From: an uncultured Methanosarcinales archaeon
GTDB taxonomy: Archaea > Nanobdellota > Nanobdellia > Woesearchaeales > UBA583
Direction of reading: 5' to 3'
DNA: 64,000 nucleotides
Assembly: GCA_964429995.1 (NCBI GenBank)
Contig: CAYSDY010000002.1
Location: forward strand, 110,361 to 174,360
Part shown: piece after piece, positions 1 to 10,549 of the stretch
Layout of the letters: each line of letters starts with the position of its first letter
Position numbering within the stretch: position 1 is the first letter of the stretch
The notes under the pieces: generated by a model
What the model saw: the letters and a program-made list of their open reading frames with translations, nothing else
The model's database searches: none
What the model was told of the DNA's origin: nothing
Program-made: the position numbers and the translations under genes

Positions 1-1208
1 TAATAATGTGTATCAAATAATCCATAATCACTGTAATTCATGTTTAGATTTGTCAATAAGCCAAGTTCTACAATGTATTCATCATCTCCAGAAATAATTG
101 GCAGTGCATTAGAAACATTAGCGATAATTGATTTGCTTTCAGTTTTATTGCTACTAGAATTTAAGGTAACGTTAATTGTGTATGACCCTTGCTGATTGTA
201 CATTAGTTTAGTAGATGTAAAAGTGCCTGTGTTTAAGTTACTAGAATTGCTTATGTATCCATCTCCCCAATTAATAGTTAAATTGTATTCAAAAGAACTA
301 TTATAATTAAAACTTATATTTAATGTTAACGATTTACCTTCAAATAAACTTTGATTAGGTCCAATACTCAAATTTAATGTTTCATTGTAAGAATCTGTGT
401 TTACATAATTGTTTGTTAACGGCAAATAATCATATACTTCTGTCCATAAATCAATCTTATGAGCACTTTCTCCAATTCCATCTAAATTAGTGTCATTTCC
501 GTTATAATCTGACCAAAAATTACCACCTATATGTGTACCATTAATTATGTTATTAGTTAGAAACTTTGTAGTATTAAAATGATTATTTAAATTCCCATTG
601 AATATTATATTATAAGAACAATTAAACTTATTATTATATATGATATTGTTAGAAGAAGGATCCCCCATAAAATCAACAAATTCTATTCCAGTTCCAACTG
701 CTGAATCAAAAATAGAATCTTTTACAGTAACATTATCACTCCCTTCAAATAAGATACCCCAATCCATGTCATAAAAAGAATTATTTTCAATGATATGATT
801 ATCTCCATTAACTTTTATTGAAGTTCTAATGTTATTGAAAGTAGAATTTTGAATTTGTACATTCTGATCACTTGGGTTTCTTATATAAATTCCTAAATTT
901 GTAAAATCTTCAAAAATACAATTTTTGATTGTTATATTAGAATGTTCTATCCATAAGCCTTCGTTTGCCATTCCATTTTTTAAAGTAGATCCATTACAAT
1001 CTAAAAAAATATTATCATTAGAAGTTATGAACCCAACAGCAGGAGATCCCATATTTAATGTGTAAATTCCGTTACATAAAACAGTATCTGAATTTAGATA
1101 ATTTGGATTAGTTAGGTCAGGAACTAAACAACTATGTGTTATTCTAATGTTAAAAATAAAAATCAAAAATAAAAGTATCAGGATTTTAAATTTATTTTTA
1201 GTTGCCAT
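1..1208 (-). CDS. Secreted/surface protein with NosD/CASH parallel beta-helix repeats and a PKD-like segment (partial, runs off the window start)
   Basis: Not in the ORF track. Manual translation from ATG at 1208: MATKNKFKILILLFLIFIF (signal peptide), LDCNGSTL, NITIKNCIF, GGNFWSDYNGNDTNLDGIG (NosD-type motif), later INWGDG (PKD-like). Confidence 0.75.
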   Translation of the reverse strand, partial: MATKNKFKILILLFLIFIFNIRITHSCLVPDLTNPNYLNSDTVLCNGIYTLNMGSPAVGFITSNDNIFLDCNGSTLKNGMANEGLWIEHSNITIKNCIFEDFTNLGIYIRNPSDQNVQIQNSTFNNIRTSIKVNGDNHIIENNSFYDMDWGILFEGSDNVTVKDSIFDSAVGTGIEFVDFMGDPSSNNIIYNNKFNCSYNIIFNGNLNNHFNTTKFLTNNIINGTHIGGNFWSDYNGNDTNLDGIGESAHKIDLWTEVYDYLPLTNNYVNTDSYNETLNLSIGPNQSLFEGKSLTLNISFNYNSSFEYNLTINWGDGYISNSSNLNTGTFTSTKLMYNQQGSYTINVTLNSSSNKTESKSIIANVSNALPIISGDDEYIVELGLLTNLNMNYSDYGLFDTHY

Positions 1209-1222
1209 TTTATTTTGAGAAA

Positions 1223-4200
1223 TTAACATTCTCCTTCATTATATTTTGTGATTCCTGCCTTATTTGCAAGACAACTATTTGGATAAGTTTTCTTATTGGC
1301 ACAAACAGGTTCGTAATCAGAAGAACATAGAACATTCTTTGAATAATCTGTGGAGTCGTTGCTAAAAATGTTTTTTATCCATCGTTCAATTTTTCTAAAA
1401 ACACTAGGTTCTAAATTAGTGATTTTGATTTTTCCTTCTGTAAATTTTAAGTAAAAAGTTTGTCCAGGATTTTTGGATAAGATAATTTCTTCAAGTATTT
1501 CTTGATTTATTTCTATTAGTATTTGTGCATTTTGCGAATGGTCTTCTTGAATGATTCCAGTGCTTATATCAATATTTAATTTTTCTATACTTAAATCTGT
1601 TCTAATTCCGTTAATGTTGATGATGTTTTTTGTTTTTAGAAAATTAACCAGATCATCATAACTTGAGATATAATAATCTGCTATTTGAATGTAGGTTATA
1701 TTTTCTAAAGATTTATTCAATAAGTGTTGACTGATGATTTCTGATAAATCTTCTTTACTTAAATTAGTTTTTTTACTTTGGTTTTTATCTAGTATTATTT
1801 CAAAATCATAATCTTTTTTATCACACATTTTTTTAAGGATGAAATAGCTTGCTTCTAATTCTTGATGATTTAGAACCTTATCGTTCTTTGATTTAATATT
1901 TCTATTTCTGGAAATTGATTTTAATTTTTCTAAGCTGGAATCTTTAGAAATAATAGTGTAATTTTTATTTTTGTAATATGAATCTGATAAATATGTATTT
2001 TTAATTGATTCAAAATAACTGCAATCTAATTTAAGGCTTTTAAAATCAGTTGCCTTTAAACTGATACCTATATTTTTTTTTATATCGTTAAATTTAATAG
2101 AATCGAATAAAATTTCTATTCTTTTATAGGTTGGTTGTGTAATGTTTAATTCTTTTACAGGCTCTGGTGTGATTGCAAACATTCTTACATATCTTTGGTA
2201 AGTAATCATTTTAAGTTCACAGTCATATGAGTTTTTTGAACATTCTAAGGCAAGAATTTGGTTTTTATTAGGATTAATATCAATTGCAACAATATTTTTA
2301 TTGTTTGTTACATTGTATACTAAATCTATTCTTTTTAAAGCAAAATCATAATAATAAATACTGCTATTTAATGTTTTATTATCAATTTCTATTTCTCCTA
2401 AAGAAAAAAACATACCTTTTGGAATATTATTAGAATCTAGTTTGTAATCAAATCTTAAATCATATATTCTTCCTTTTGGTATTGTAAATTCAAAAGTTGA
2501 ATTAATTGGATATTTATTTAAAATATTTTTATCGTTTTTAATTATTTGAACAATAGCCCCAGAACTTGAAGATCCGTGTGTTGTTAATGCTATATATTTT
2601 CCGTCGTTAGAATATGCAACATAAGCAGGATTATAATAAGATCCCTTTGTAGATAAAACATCAAATACAAAGGTTTTATTTGTGCTATTATTTATGCCCA
2701 TGTAGTTATGATAAACTAAAGAATGTGTATTAGATGATATGTATGATGATGGGTCAATTCCTACTTGTTTAGACATTATATAAGATTCTTTTGAATCAGC
2801 AGGATTTCTCATTAAATATTGTTGACAATTTGGAACATTAGTTCCAAAATAACTATGATTTGAGTATAATTCGTAATATTTGTCTAAATATTCCTGTTCA
2901 TTAATTCCGTAATAATATTTTGCTCCCATTAATTCGGATTCTTTAAAATAAATCCATTCTGCTGAGTTAACAGAAGATAGTTGTTTATTAGGGGAAATAG
3001 ATTCTAAATTTACATTTAATGTGGGGAAAAATCTTATTTTAAACAAATCCAATTTAGTTTGTGGGTCTTTTTCTTTACTTACAAAATAAATATTTTTACT
3101 TGCATCTTTTGACCAGCCAGTTAGAAATTGTTTTGTATAATCGGGAATGTAAAAAAGAGCATTTCTTATAAAATTAAAACTATTACTATTTTCGTTAAAA
3201 TTCATTAAGTGATACAATAGGCTTTTATCTATTTGGGAATTACTATTAGATGCTACACCATAGATAAAAGAATTTCCATCAGGTGAAAAATAACCGCAAG
3301 TATCTCTTTGTGAATTTCCACTGTCTAAAACTCTTATAGACTTAACGTTGTAGCTAAAATTATTATTGAAAAATAAACTTATATTTTTAGATTTTTTATC
3401 TTCAAATTCATCTTTTATTGAATCTTTTGATACACATTGTCCATTTTTCCAAATTTTATTATTTAATACAGAACATGCTTTATGTAAATTTGATTCGTAA
3501 CATGTATCAAAAAAAGCGTCCCAAATAAAATTATTTTCTTTACAATCTTCTTCATCTTCTAAGTCAAAACATTCGTCTAAAGAATCAGACCAATACAAAT
3601 CATCATTTAAACATTCTGCTTGTTCTATTGATTCAGCACAAACTCCATAAGAAGAAACAAATAATCCATCTTCATCACAACATTCATCTTCACTTTCAAC
3701 ACACATTCCTAAATTTTCACAAAAGAAAAGATCTTCAGACATACATTCATAAACATCTTCCGATTCAATACAATCTCCATCTAAATAAAATGCTTCCTGT
3801 TCAATACATTCCATTTCAAAATCTGATTCATAACATGAATCAGTTATAATACTCCAAAAATTTCCTTCAATTAAACATTCTGCTTCATTTTCTGTTTCGG
3901 CACAATATTCTTCATCTTCAACCCAAAAGCCATTTTTCCAGTTTGTACATTCAAATTCATTATATTCTACACCTTCAGAAATACAATATCCATCTTCCCA
4001 AATTCCACCTGTTTCTTCACAATATCCCTGTTCAAACGAAACACATTCATCTTCTTGGTTTAAAATTCCTGAACAATAATCATCTGTATCATATTGACAA
4101 AGACCAATTTCAAAACAGGTTGCTTGTTCTAAATCTATGCATTCATCTAATTCATCAATATACATTTGTTCTTCATATTCACAACATTCAGGAGTAGAAC

Positions 4201-4657
4201 CTCTGATTAAGCTGTCATCAATAAACATGTCACAATTTTCAATCATGTAATCTGCAAATACTTCCCAGCAGAAATCATTCATTTCATCTTCATATTCATA
4301 AACGCAGATATCACCGTAATAATCTTCATTTTCTTCAACACATTCTTGTCCATTGCTATATTCTGGAAATTCTGCCAGACAATCATTTTCGTATTCCTCT
4401 TTATGTTCATTTAAACATTCCCAAGAATATATTGAATCACCAAGTGGAAATTCTTCTAGACACATATTTTTTAATTCATCTGCAAAATCATTTTCGCAGA
4501 CTTCCTGACAAGCTAATTGATGGAAAAAAGTTCCATTAACAAAATTAGCAAAAATTAAAATATTAATAAAAAGAATTAAGATTTTATTAATATTAACGTA
4601 TCTTTTAAATTCAATTATATCTTTTTTTGAATTATATTTTTTTAATGAATTACTCAT
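1223..4657 (-). CDS. Large secreted protein: acidic Cys-rich repeats, probable beta-propeller, C-terminal Kazal-type domain
   Basis: N-terminal hydrophobic segment; about 370 aa of E/D/C-rich repeats (EC..EG.FW.....C); FSPDG and YSNDGK propeller-like motifs; C-terminal CSSDYEPVCANKKTYPNSC...EGEC. Confidence 0.65.
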   Translation of the reverse strand: MSNSLKKYNSKKDIIEFKRYVNINKILILFINILIFANFVNGTFFHQLACQEVCENDFADELKNMCLEEFPLGDSIYSWECLNEHKEEYENDCLAEFPEYSNGQECVEENEDYYGDICVYEYEDEMNDFCWEVFADYMIENCDMFIDDSLIRGSTPECCEYEEQMYIDELDECIDLEQATCFEIGLCQYDTDDYCSGILNQEDECVSFEQGYCEETGGIWEDGYCISEGVEYNEFECTNWKNGFWVEDEEYCAETENEAECLIEGNFWSIITDSCYESDFEMECIEQEAFYLDGDCIESEDVYECMSEDLFFCENLGMCVESEDECCDEDGLFVSSYGVCAESIEQAECLNDDLYWSDSLDECFDLEDEEDCKENNFIWDAFFDTCYESNLHKACSVLNNKIWKNGQCVSKDSIKDEFEDKKSKNISLFFNNNFSYNVKSIRVLDSGNSQRDTCGYFSPDGNSFIYGVASNSNSQIDKSLLYHLMNFNENSNSFNFIRNALFYIPDYTKQFLTGWSKDASKNIYFVSKEKDPQTKLDLFKIRFFPTLNVNLESISPNKQLSSVNSAEWIYFKESELMGAKYYYGINEQEYLDKYYELYSNHSYFGTNVPNCQQYLMRNPADSKESYIMSKQVGIDPSSYISSNTHSLVYHNYMGINNSTNKTFVFDVLSTKGSYYNPAYVAYSNDGKYIALTTHGSSSSGAIVQIIKNDKNILNKYPINSTFEFTIPKGRIYDLRFDYKLDSNNIPKGMFFSLGEIEIDNKTLNSSIYYYDFALKRIDLVYNVTNNKNIVAIDINPNKNQILALECSKNSYDCELKMITYQRYVRMFAITPEPVKELNITQPTYKRIEILFDSIKFNDIKKNIGISLKATDFKSLKLDCSYFESIKNTYLSDSYYKNKNYTIISKDSSLEKLKSISRNRNIKSKNDKVLNHQELEASYFILKKMCDKKDYDFEIILDKNQSKKTNLSKEDLSEIISQHLLNKSLENITYIQIADYYISSYDDLVNFLKTKNIININGIRTDLSIEKLNIDISTGIIQEDHSQNAQILIEINQEILEEIILSKNPGQTFYLKFTEGKIKITNLEPSVFRKIERWIKNIFSNDSTDYSKNVLCSSDYEPVCANKKTYPNSCLANKAGITKYNEGEC

Positions 4658-4780
4658 ATAGATGATTTTATGTTAGTAAATTTATAAGCTTTTTTATATG
4701 CAGACTTTAAAGTCTTATTTTGTTTAATGATTTTTTGGTACTGTACTTTTACTGACTATAGTTAAATTAACTTTTTTAAT

Positions 4781-4812
4781 AAAAATCCCCGTCATTCATG
4801 GCGGGGATTTTT
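4781..4812. repeat. GC-rich hairpin resembling an IS200/IS605-type terminal palindrome
   Basis: aaaaatccccgtcat-tc-atggcggggattttt: 15-bp stem with one G.T pair, in an otherwise AT-rich intergenic region. Confidence 0.6.
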
Positions 4813-4915
4813 ACTTAATGAGCAAATAGAAAAAGAGTTTGAAATAAGAATTTATAGATAAAATTAAACAATAAATTTATAAATACCGGTAAATAGGTAT
4901 GATTATACTTAAAAT

Positions 4916-5548
4916 ATGGTAAAGCTACTTACAGAAAAACAATTGAATATCTTCAAGGTTTTTAGAGAAAATATTTTCAAAGAATATACCTATAATGAAT
5001 TAAAAGAAAAACTAGATGAAAAATCCAATAGTTTTTTAATATCTTCTTTAAAAAAAATTAAAGAAATGGATTTAATTATAGATCAAAAAATTAATAATTC
5101 TAAAATTTATTATTTAAATTTAGAAAATGATTTAGTTTTTGATTATATTGAACTTATAAATTACGATTTTTATAAATCAAATACATTAAAAAAAATAATT
5201 AATTTATTAAAAAATCAATTAGATACTCAACTATATTCATACTCAATTGTAATATTTGGATCTTTTGCAATAGATAAAGAGAAAAAAAACTCAGATTTAG
5301 ATATTGCAATTTTTATTGAAGATGAGAGAAATAGAGAATTTATTGAAAATAGTTTTAAATCAATTAAACTAAAATCATTAATTGAATTAGATTTACATGT
5401 AATTTCAAAAAAAGAATTTTTAAAGATGTTAAAAGTTGATTATTCTAATTTGGGTAAACTAATTTATCAAAAACATAAATGTATTTATAATACGAAATTA
5501 TTTTATAAAATATTAAAAGAAGGAGATAAAAATGGATTTAGAATATAA
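4916..5548 (+). CDS. HTH + minimal nucleotidyltransferase (MNT-type antitoxin)
   Basis: IVIFGSFA...SDLDIAI nucleotidyltransferase motif; wHTH-like N-terminus. Confidence 0.85.
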   Translation: MVKLLTEKQLNIFKVFRENIFKEYTYNELKEKLDEKSNSFLISSLKKIKEMDLIIDQKINNSKIYYLNLENDLVFDYIELINYDFYKSNTLKKIINLLKNQLDTQLYSYSIVIFGSFAIDKEKKNSDLDIAIFIEDERNREFIENSFKSIKLKSLIELDLHVISKKEFLKMLKVDYSNLGKLIYQKHKCIYNTKLFYKILKEGDKNGFRI

Positions 5549-5648
5549 AACCTATATTGAAAGAGCAGAAAATGAAATAGAACTTGCAGAGATTATATTA
5601 GAGATTTCAACAAATTCTAATAAAAAAGAAGAATTTAATTTATTATAG
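5532..5648 (+). pseudogene. Truncated HEPN-type partner of the MNT gene
   Basis: Overlaps the MNT stop and has aggag upstream. MDLEYKTYIERAENEIELAEIILEIS resembles a HEPN N-terminal helix but stops after 38 aa. Confidence 0.55.
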
Positions 5649-5712
5649 TAAAAAGAATATTGCAAATTTACCAATTATTGTGCATTTAAGTAATTTCTTT
5701 TGCTATTAACTA

Positions 5713-6276
5713 TCAATCAGCATAAATAGTTTCTTCATCATATTTATTATATATATGATTCATATTGTTTAAACTTTTTAACTGAATTTTTTCATTATTT
5801 ATTTCAACAATACTTATTGATGTTGGATCTAATACAATATTTTTTGTTTTTTCAGGTTCGATCTCTAATGTTTTTGAAATGAAAAACTTCATAATATTCC
5901 CATGAGAAACAACAAATACTTTTTTAAGATTCATAGATATTAATTTATTCCAAAAAATATTAGCTCTTTCTAAATCTTCTTCAATTCTATTCGATCTTGT
6001 ACCTTCTTTAGGAGCACCTCCGACAATTAATCTATGTATCTCTTGAAGTTCATTTGTTATTTTAAGCTCTGGTTTATTGATATTTTGTAATTGAATTTCT
6101 TTTGCTGTTAGTTGAGCTCTTTCTAAATCAGATGATATAATTAAATCAATTTTTTCATTTTTTAAACTTTCTGCTAATAGATTTATTTGTTTTTTACCAT
6201 TCTCAGTAAGAATTGGAGGTTTATTTGGGTCTAAATTGGCTTCTGTTTCTGCATGTCTAATTAAATATATTTCCAT
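5713..6276 (-). CDS. Histidine phosphatase (phosphoglycerate mutase family)
   Basis: LIRHAET, SSDLERAQLTA, LQE, VVSHG motifs. Confidence 0.9.
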   Translation of the reverse strand: MEIYLIRHAETEANLDPNKPPILTENGKKQINLLAESLKNEKIDLIISSDLERAQLTAKEIQLQNINKPELKITNELQEIHRLIVGGAPKEGTRSNRIEEDLERANIFWNKLISMNLKKVFVVSHGNIMKFFISKTLEIEPEKTKNIVLDPTSISIVEINNEKIQLKSLNNMNHIYNKYDEETIYAD

Positions 6277-6277
6277 T

Positions 6278-6850
6278 TTACTTAGTTAAAATATCATAAA
6301 TATTCTTCTCTAGTTCTTCTTTAACATTATCAAAAGAATGATTAGTATTCATATAATTAATATTTATTTCTAAGTTTTTAGCTATTTCTTTTGAATAATT
6401 TTGAAATTTTTCTTTATCATTTGTTCCTTGATAAATAACTATATCTTTGTTTTTCAAATGATTGATGTCAAACACTACATCTTCTAACTTCAACAAACCT
6501 AAATCTGTATTCATTATGTTAGATATAGTTGAATTTCCAATAATTATAGGAGATGCCAAAAATATATATTTATCAAAATTAATATTGGTTAATAAAGAAA
6601 TAACTCCACCAAAGCTTTTACATATTGTAAAAATATGTTTATAGTTTTTTTCTTCTTTTTTTAATTCTAAATTAATTAATGAAACAAGCTTATCAAATGT
6701 TGTATTTTCAAAATCACAAATAACCTCTATAACATCAAACTTATCTTCAAATGTTTCTATTTCAAATAATGAATCAAACTTTTTTTTAGATGCACCTGAA
6801 AAAAACACTATTAAAGATTCATTTCTATTATCAATTATTTTATTTATCAT
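6278..6850 (-). CDS. Small alpha/beta hydrolase
   Basis: Nucleophile elbow ICKSFGG, QGTND (Asp), NHSF (His). Start moved to ATG 6850, overlapping the radical SAM stop. Confidence 0.65.
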   Translation of the reverse strand: MINKIIDNRNESLIVFFSGASKKKFDSLFEIETFEDKFDVIEVICDFENTTFDKLVSLINLELKKEEKNYKHIFTICKSFGGVISLLTNINFDKYIFLASPIIIGNSTISNIMNTDLGLLKLEDVVFDINHLKNKDIVIYQGTNDKEKFQNYSKEIAKNLEININYMNTNHSFDNVKEELEKNIYDILTK

Positions 6851-7880
6851 TTTTATTATACATACATAATAAGTTTCCTTTATATAATTCTCCAGTTTCC
6901 CAATATGAATAAGCTCTACAACCTCCACATAATTGAATTAATTCACAATCTTTACAATTACCTTCAAATTTCCTATTCCTCATGATATTATAATCTTTAG
7001 AATTGTTCCAAATATCAATTATAGAAGTAGTATTAGTATCACCAATTATAATATCATTTAACATAGGACAGAATGCTACATTACCATCATTATTAAAATA
7101 CATATAACTAATTCCAACACTACAACCTGCATACAAATTAAAAGTACCATAATTGTCTTTAATATTTTGTAATAATGATTTATTTGCAGCTAATGCCAAT
7201 GGATCTCCAGAGAAATAATGAATATTATATTTTTCAGAATATTTTGGAAGTTGTTCTAATATTTTAAAATATTCTTTTTTATCTACGAATAATTCTTTTT
7301 CATTAAGATTGGCATATCCCATATAAATACATCCTCTCAATCCAACTTCATCTGCACCTAAATCTTTTGCAAATTTAAAGAAATCTTCAATGTCATCTTT
7401 ATTAATATTCATTATTGTAAGTCTTAAAACAAATGGAATATTTAACAACACACAGTTTTGAGATGCTTCTACTACCTTATCATATGATAATTTATTTTGT
7501 CTAATATAATTATGAGTTTCTTTTTTATAGCTATCTAAAGAGAATTGTATTCTATCCAAACCTATTTCTTTTAATTTTTTTAATTTTTCTAAATTACAAA
7601 AATATGCATTTGAAACCAATATTATTTTCATTTTAGTATTTTTCTTAATAAATTCAATAATTTCATATAAATAAGGATATAGTAATGGCTCTCCACCCCC
7701 TAATTCTATCCATTCAACTTCATCTCCCCAGTTTGTATTTATTTGGGTTAAGATATCTATTACTTTTTCTTTTGAGATATGATTATTCTCATCAACTCTT
7801 CCTCTACAATGTAAACATCTAAAATTACATTTTCCTGTTAAATCAATATGTATTATTTTCGGTTTAAATTTTAAGTTCAT
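6840..7880 (-). CDS. Radical SAM enzyme with SPASM domain
   Basis: CNFRCLHC, GGEPLL, SLDS; SPASM cysteines GCSVG...FCP...CKDCELIQLCGGCRA...C. Start moved to ATG 7880 (ATGA overlap). Confidence 0.9.
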   Translation of the reverse strand: MNLKFKPKIIHIDLTGKCNFRCLHCRGRVDENNHISKEKVIDILTQINTNWGDEVEWIELGGGEPLLYPYLYEIIEFIKKNTKMKIILVSNAYFCNLEKLKKLKEIGLDRIQFSLDSYKKETHNYIRQNKLSYDKVVEASQNCVLLNIPFVLRLTIMNINKDDIEDFFKFAKDLGADEVGLRGCIYMGYANLNEKELFVDKKEYFKILEQLPKYSEKYNIHYFSGDPLALAANKSLLQNIKDNYGTFNLYAGCSVGISYMYFNNDGNVAFCPMLNDIIIGDTNTTSIIDIWNNSKDYNIMRNRKFEGNCKDCELIQLCGGCRAYSYWETGELYKGNLLCMYNKNDK

Positions 7881-8626
7881 TTTTTTAATGTTGTTATTGC
7901 CCTTGGTTGTAATATATATATATTTCCATGATATATTGTCCATTCAATATCCTGTGGATATTTAAATATAGACACTATTTGTTTACCAATTTCAGCTAAT
8001 TCATAAATTTGATTTTTAGATAAAATATTTTTATTTCTACCATACATATGTCTAATATTATCAGAGTTAATTAAATATGTATCTGCAATTGTATTACCTG
8101 AAACTAATGCGTCACATGTTCCTGCTTTTACTTCTAATAACATCTCTTCTTTTTTTGACATTGGACTTTGTGTAAACAATGTTCCTGAAAAATTGCCTTT
8201 CAAAAACTCTTGTATGATTACAGCGAATGACAAATTATCAATATTTATTGATAAAGCTAAAGCATAGTCTTGTAATCTTTCTGATTTAGAAGAATTCCAG
8301 CAAGAAATGATACTTGATGCAATATTTTCCACTTTAACATTTAACAACGATTCAAATTGACCGGGGAAAGCATATTTATTTCCATCTTCTAGATTGGAAG
8401 ATGACCTCACAGCATAATTTTTTTCATGATTTACAAATGAATTAAATGTTTTATCTTGTTTTAATAATTTTTCTAATTCTTCTATATTTGGATTTTGCTG
8501 TCTAATAGTATCTGAGATTACAATTCCTTTTGGGACTAAAATATTATGTTTTATTATTTGTGATAAATTAAATGCTTTATTTCCGTATAAATTTCTATCG
8601 TGAATCCTTGCCAAACCATCTATCAT
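7877..8626 (-). CDS. Stand-alone PEP synthase/PPDK-type ATP-grasp (nucleotide-binding) domain protein
   Basis: GNKAFNL, AVRSSSNLED...FPGQFES, VIIQ, LVSG, PQDIEW, LQPRAIT. Confidence 0.9.
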   Translation of the reverse strand: MIDGLARIHDRNLYGNKAFNLSQIIKHNILVPKGIVISDTIRQQNPNIEELEKLLKQDKTFNSFVNHEKNYAVRSSSNLEDGNKYAFPGQFESLLNVKVENIASSIISCWNSSKSERLQDYALALSINIDNLSFAVIIQEFLKGNFSGTLFTQSPMSKKEEMLLEVKAGTCDALVSGNTIADTYLINSDNIRHMYGRNKNILSKNQIYELAEIGKQIVSIFKYPQDIEWTIYHGNIYILQPRAITTLKK

Positions 8627-9630
8627 TTTCTTTTAATTTTTGCTTCTCCAATATTTTCATCAAAGTTAACTTTTATACTAATAATATCATCATCTTGTAT
8701 TTTTTCAGTTCCTTTATTATTATACAATTCAGTTCCAACTATACAAGGGATGTCTAATTCTCTAGAAACAACTGCTGCATGACAAGTTATTGAACCAGTA
8801 TCAGTAATTATTCCGCCTGCTTTTGTCATTAAACTTGTTAATTGAGGATCTGTTCTTGGTGCAACAAGTATATCACCTTTATTAAAATTCATATTTTTTA
8901 AATCATCTCTAATAGTTATAGGGTCAAACTTTGTTAGTATTTTAGCAATTCCTTCTATTTCCCCTTCTGATGCAGGAATTCCATTTATTATTTGTTCCAA
9001 ATTAGTTTGTTTAGAAAAAATTAAAGCAGCTTGCATATAATCTAATTTAATTTTTTGATTAAATCTGTCTACTAAATTATTTTGATAACTATTAATTGGG
9101 TCAACTAATCTTATATAGCTATTCTTATGTCCTCTAATTACAATATTATGAGTAGGATAGCTAGTTGGGTAATTAATTTCAACTAATATTGGTAATCCTT
9201 TCTCAACAAATGGATGCAAATCGTCATATTCAAAAGGCCCATTTATTATATTAAAATTTTCACTATTTGATAATTCATCTATATATGGCAAAAATTCATT
9301 CATAAAATCATCAAATAAATCATGTGGGAAAAATATAGGATTTGGTTTTCTTGGGCCCTCCATTAACATAGTTACACGATATCCATTATCAATAGCATAT
9401 TTAGCAAGTTTGGGATAACTTCCATATTCTCCAAACCCTCCTTCCCAAAATCTAATGATTCTATGTATTTCCATTTCTTTTTCTTCTGTTAATGGATATT
9501 TCTCAGGTTCAAAATAATTAAACATCATTAATGCACTTGCAGCTATGCAAGTAGTTGGAGTAGTTTGTAAATAACTATTAACAGCTAATTTTATACTTTT
9601 TCTTTGTAAATAATTATATTTATCTTCCAT
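8623..9630 (-). CDS. C39-like cysteine peptidase fused to a PEP-utilizer phosphohistidine swivel domain
   Basis: N-terminal YLQTTPTTCIAAS (Q-x5-C), HNIVIRG, LVDP (C39-like); C-terminal GDILVAPRTDP...GSITCHAAVVSRELDIPCIVG. Confidence 0.8.
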   Translation of the reverse strand: MEDKYNYLQRKSIKLAVNSYLQTTPTTCIAASALMMFNYFEPEKYPLTEEKEMEIHRIIRFWEGGFGEYGSYPKLAKYAIDNGYRVTMLMEGPRKPNPIFFPHDLFDDFMNEFLPYIDELSNSENFNIINGPFEYDDLHPFVEKGLPILVEINYPTSYPTHNIVIRGHKNSYIRLVDPINSYQNNLVDRFNQKIKLDYMQAALIFSKQTNLEQIINGIPASEGEIEGIAKILTKFDPITIRDDLKNMNFNKGDILVAPRTDPQLTSLMTKAGGIITDTGSITCHAAVVSRELDIPCIVGTELYNNKGTEKIQDDDIISIKVNFDENIGEAKIKRK

Positions 9631-10549
9631 CTTCCTTTGTTAAATCTAGTAGTAAATCTTGTTTTATATCTAAAGCATAATTTGCATTATTAACTAAATG
9701 ATTATTACTTTTTGCTTTTAATTTTAAAAAAATTGATTCTCTAAATAATACATCTAAAACACCGAATTCAACTTTGTATCTTTTTTGAGGTTCTTCATAT
9801 CCTCCCCAATGTGACATTCTATGTAATAATCTAATACTTTCTTCTAATTCGGGATGTTTATTAGCAATATTTTCAATTAATGTTTGATATCTTTCAACTT
9901 TTTTATTTTGGTTAGCTTGCACTCTTTCTAATAATGAGAAATCATAGTCTAATTCAAAAGTATTTAATTCTAAATGAGCTAAGTCAATATTAGAATATGT
10001 AAATTCATTTGCAAATTCAGTAATATTTTTGTTTCCATTTCTTACTTGATAAACATAATTTACTAATTGAATTTCAAAACTACTAATTGGAGGGATAACT
10101 ATTTTCTCAGCTGTATCTAATAATTCTTTTCGAATTTTTTCTATTCTTGGCTCTAATCCTTCAGAAACATAAACCCTTAATCTACAATCATTAAATATAA
10201 ATTGTTTTAAGTAAGTCTCCCAATTGTCTTCACTACTTAGAATAACATCCCAATTTTGTGCTAATTGAAATAAAGAATTATCATGTTGATACCAACTAGA
10301 AATATATTTATTAAAAAAGTCTAAATCTGAACATTCATCTCTTTCTTTTCTAATTTGTTTCATAGAATTTGCAAATAAATTTCCAGAGTGTTCAGATTTT
10401 AGTATTAAATTTCTTAACTCAATTAAATCCATGCCTAAATCTTTCAAACTAGAATTTACAACATTATTTATTATCTCACGATTATAGCTTTGTAACCAAA
10501 ATAAATAATCCCTTTCAAATTGAAAGGGCACAGTTAATTTTTGAATCAT
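9620..10549 (-). CDS. Hypothetical, probably helical protein (possible substrate-binding module of a split phosphotransferase)
   Basis: 309-aa ORF overlapping both neighbours; no motif recognised. Confidence 0.6.
   Translation of the reverse strand: MIQKLTVPFQFERDYLFWLQSYNREIINNVVNSSLKDLGMDLIELRNLILKSEHSGNLFANSMKQIRKERDECSDLDFFNKYISSWYQHDNSLFQLAQNWDVILSSEDNWETYLKQFIFNDCRLRVYVSEGLEPRIEKIRKELLDTAEKIVIPPISSFEIQLVNYVYQVRNGNKNITEFANEFTYSNIDLAHLELNTFELDYDFSLLERVQANQNKKVERYQTLIENIANKHPELEESIRLLHRMSHWGGYEEPQKRYKVEFGVLDVLFRESIFLKLKAKSNNHLVNNANYALDIKQDLLLDLTKEDGR

Noticed and set aside
6851..6928. N-terminal extensions of ORF-track calls 6278..6928, 6840..7943 and 16472..19288
   Set aside because: They overlap upstream genes extensively; internal ATGs at 6850, 7880 and 16487 give typical coupled starts.
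7877..9630. Housekeeping PEP synthase
   Set aside because: No pyruvate-binding TIM-barrel domain, and the His domain is fused to a peptidase.
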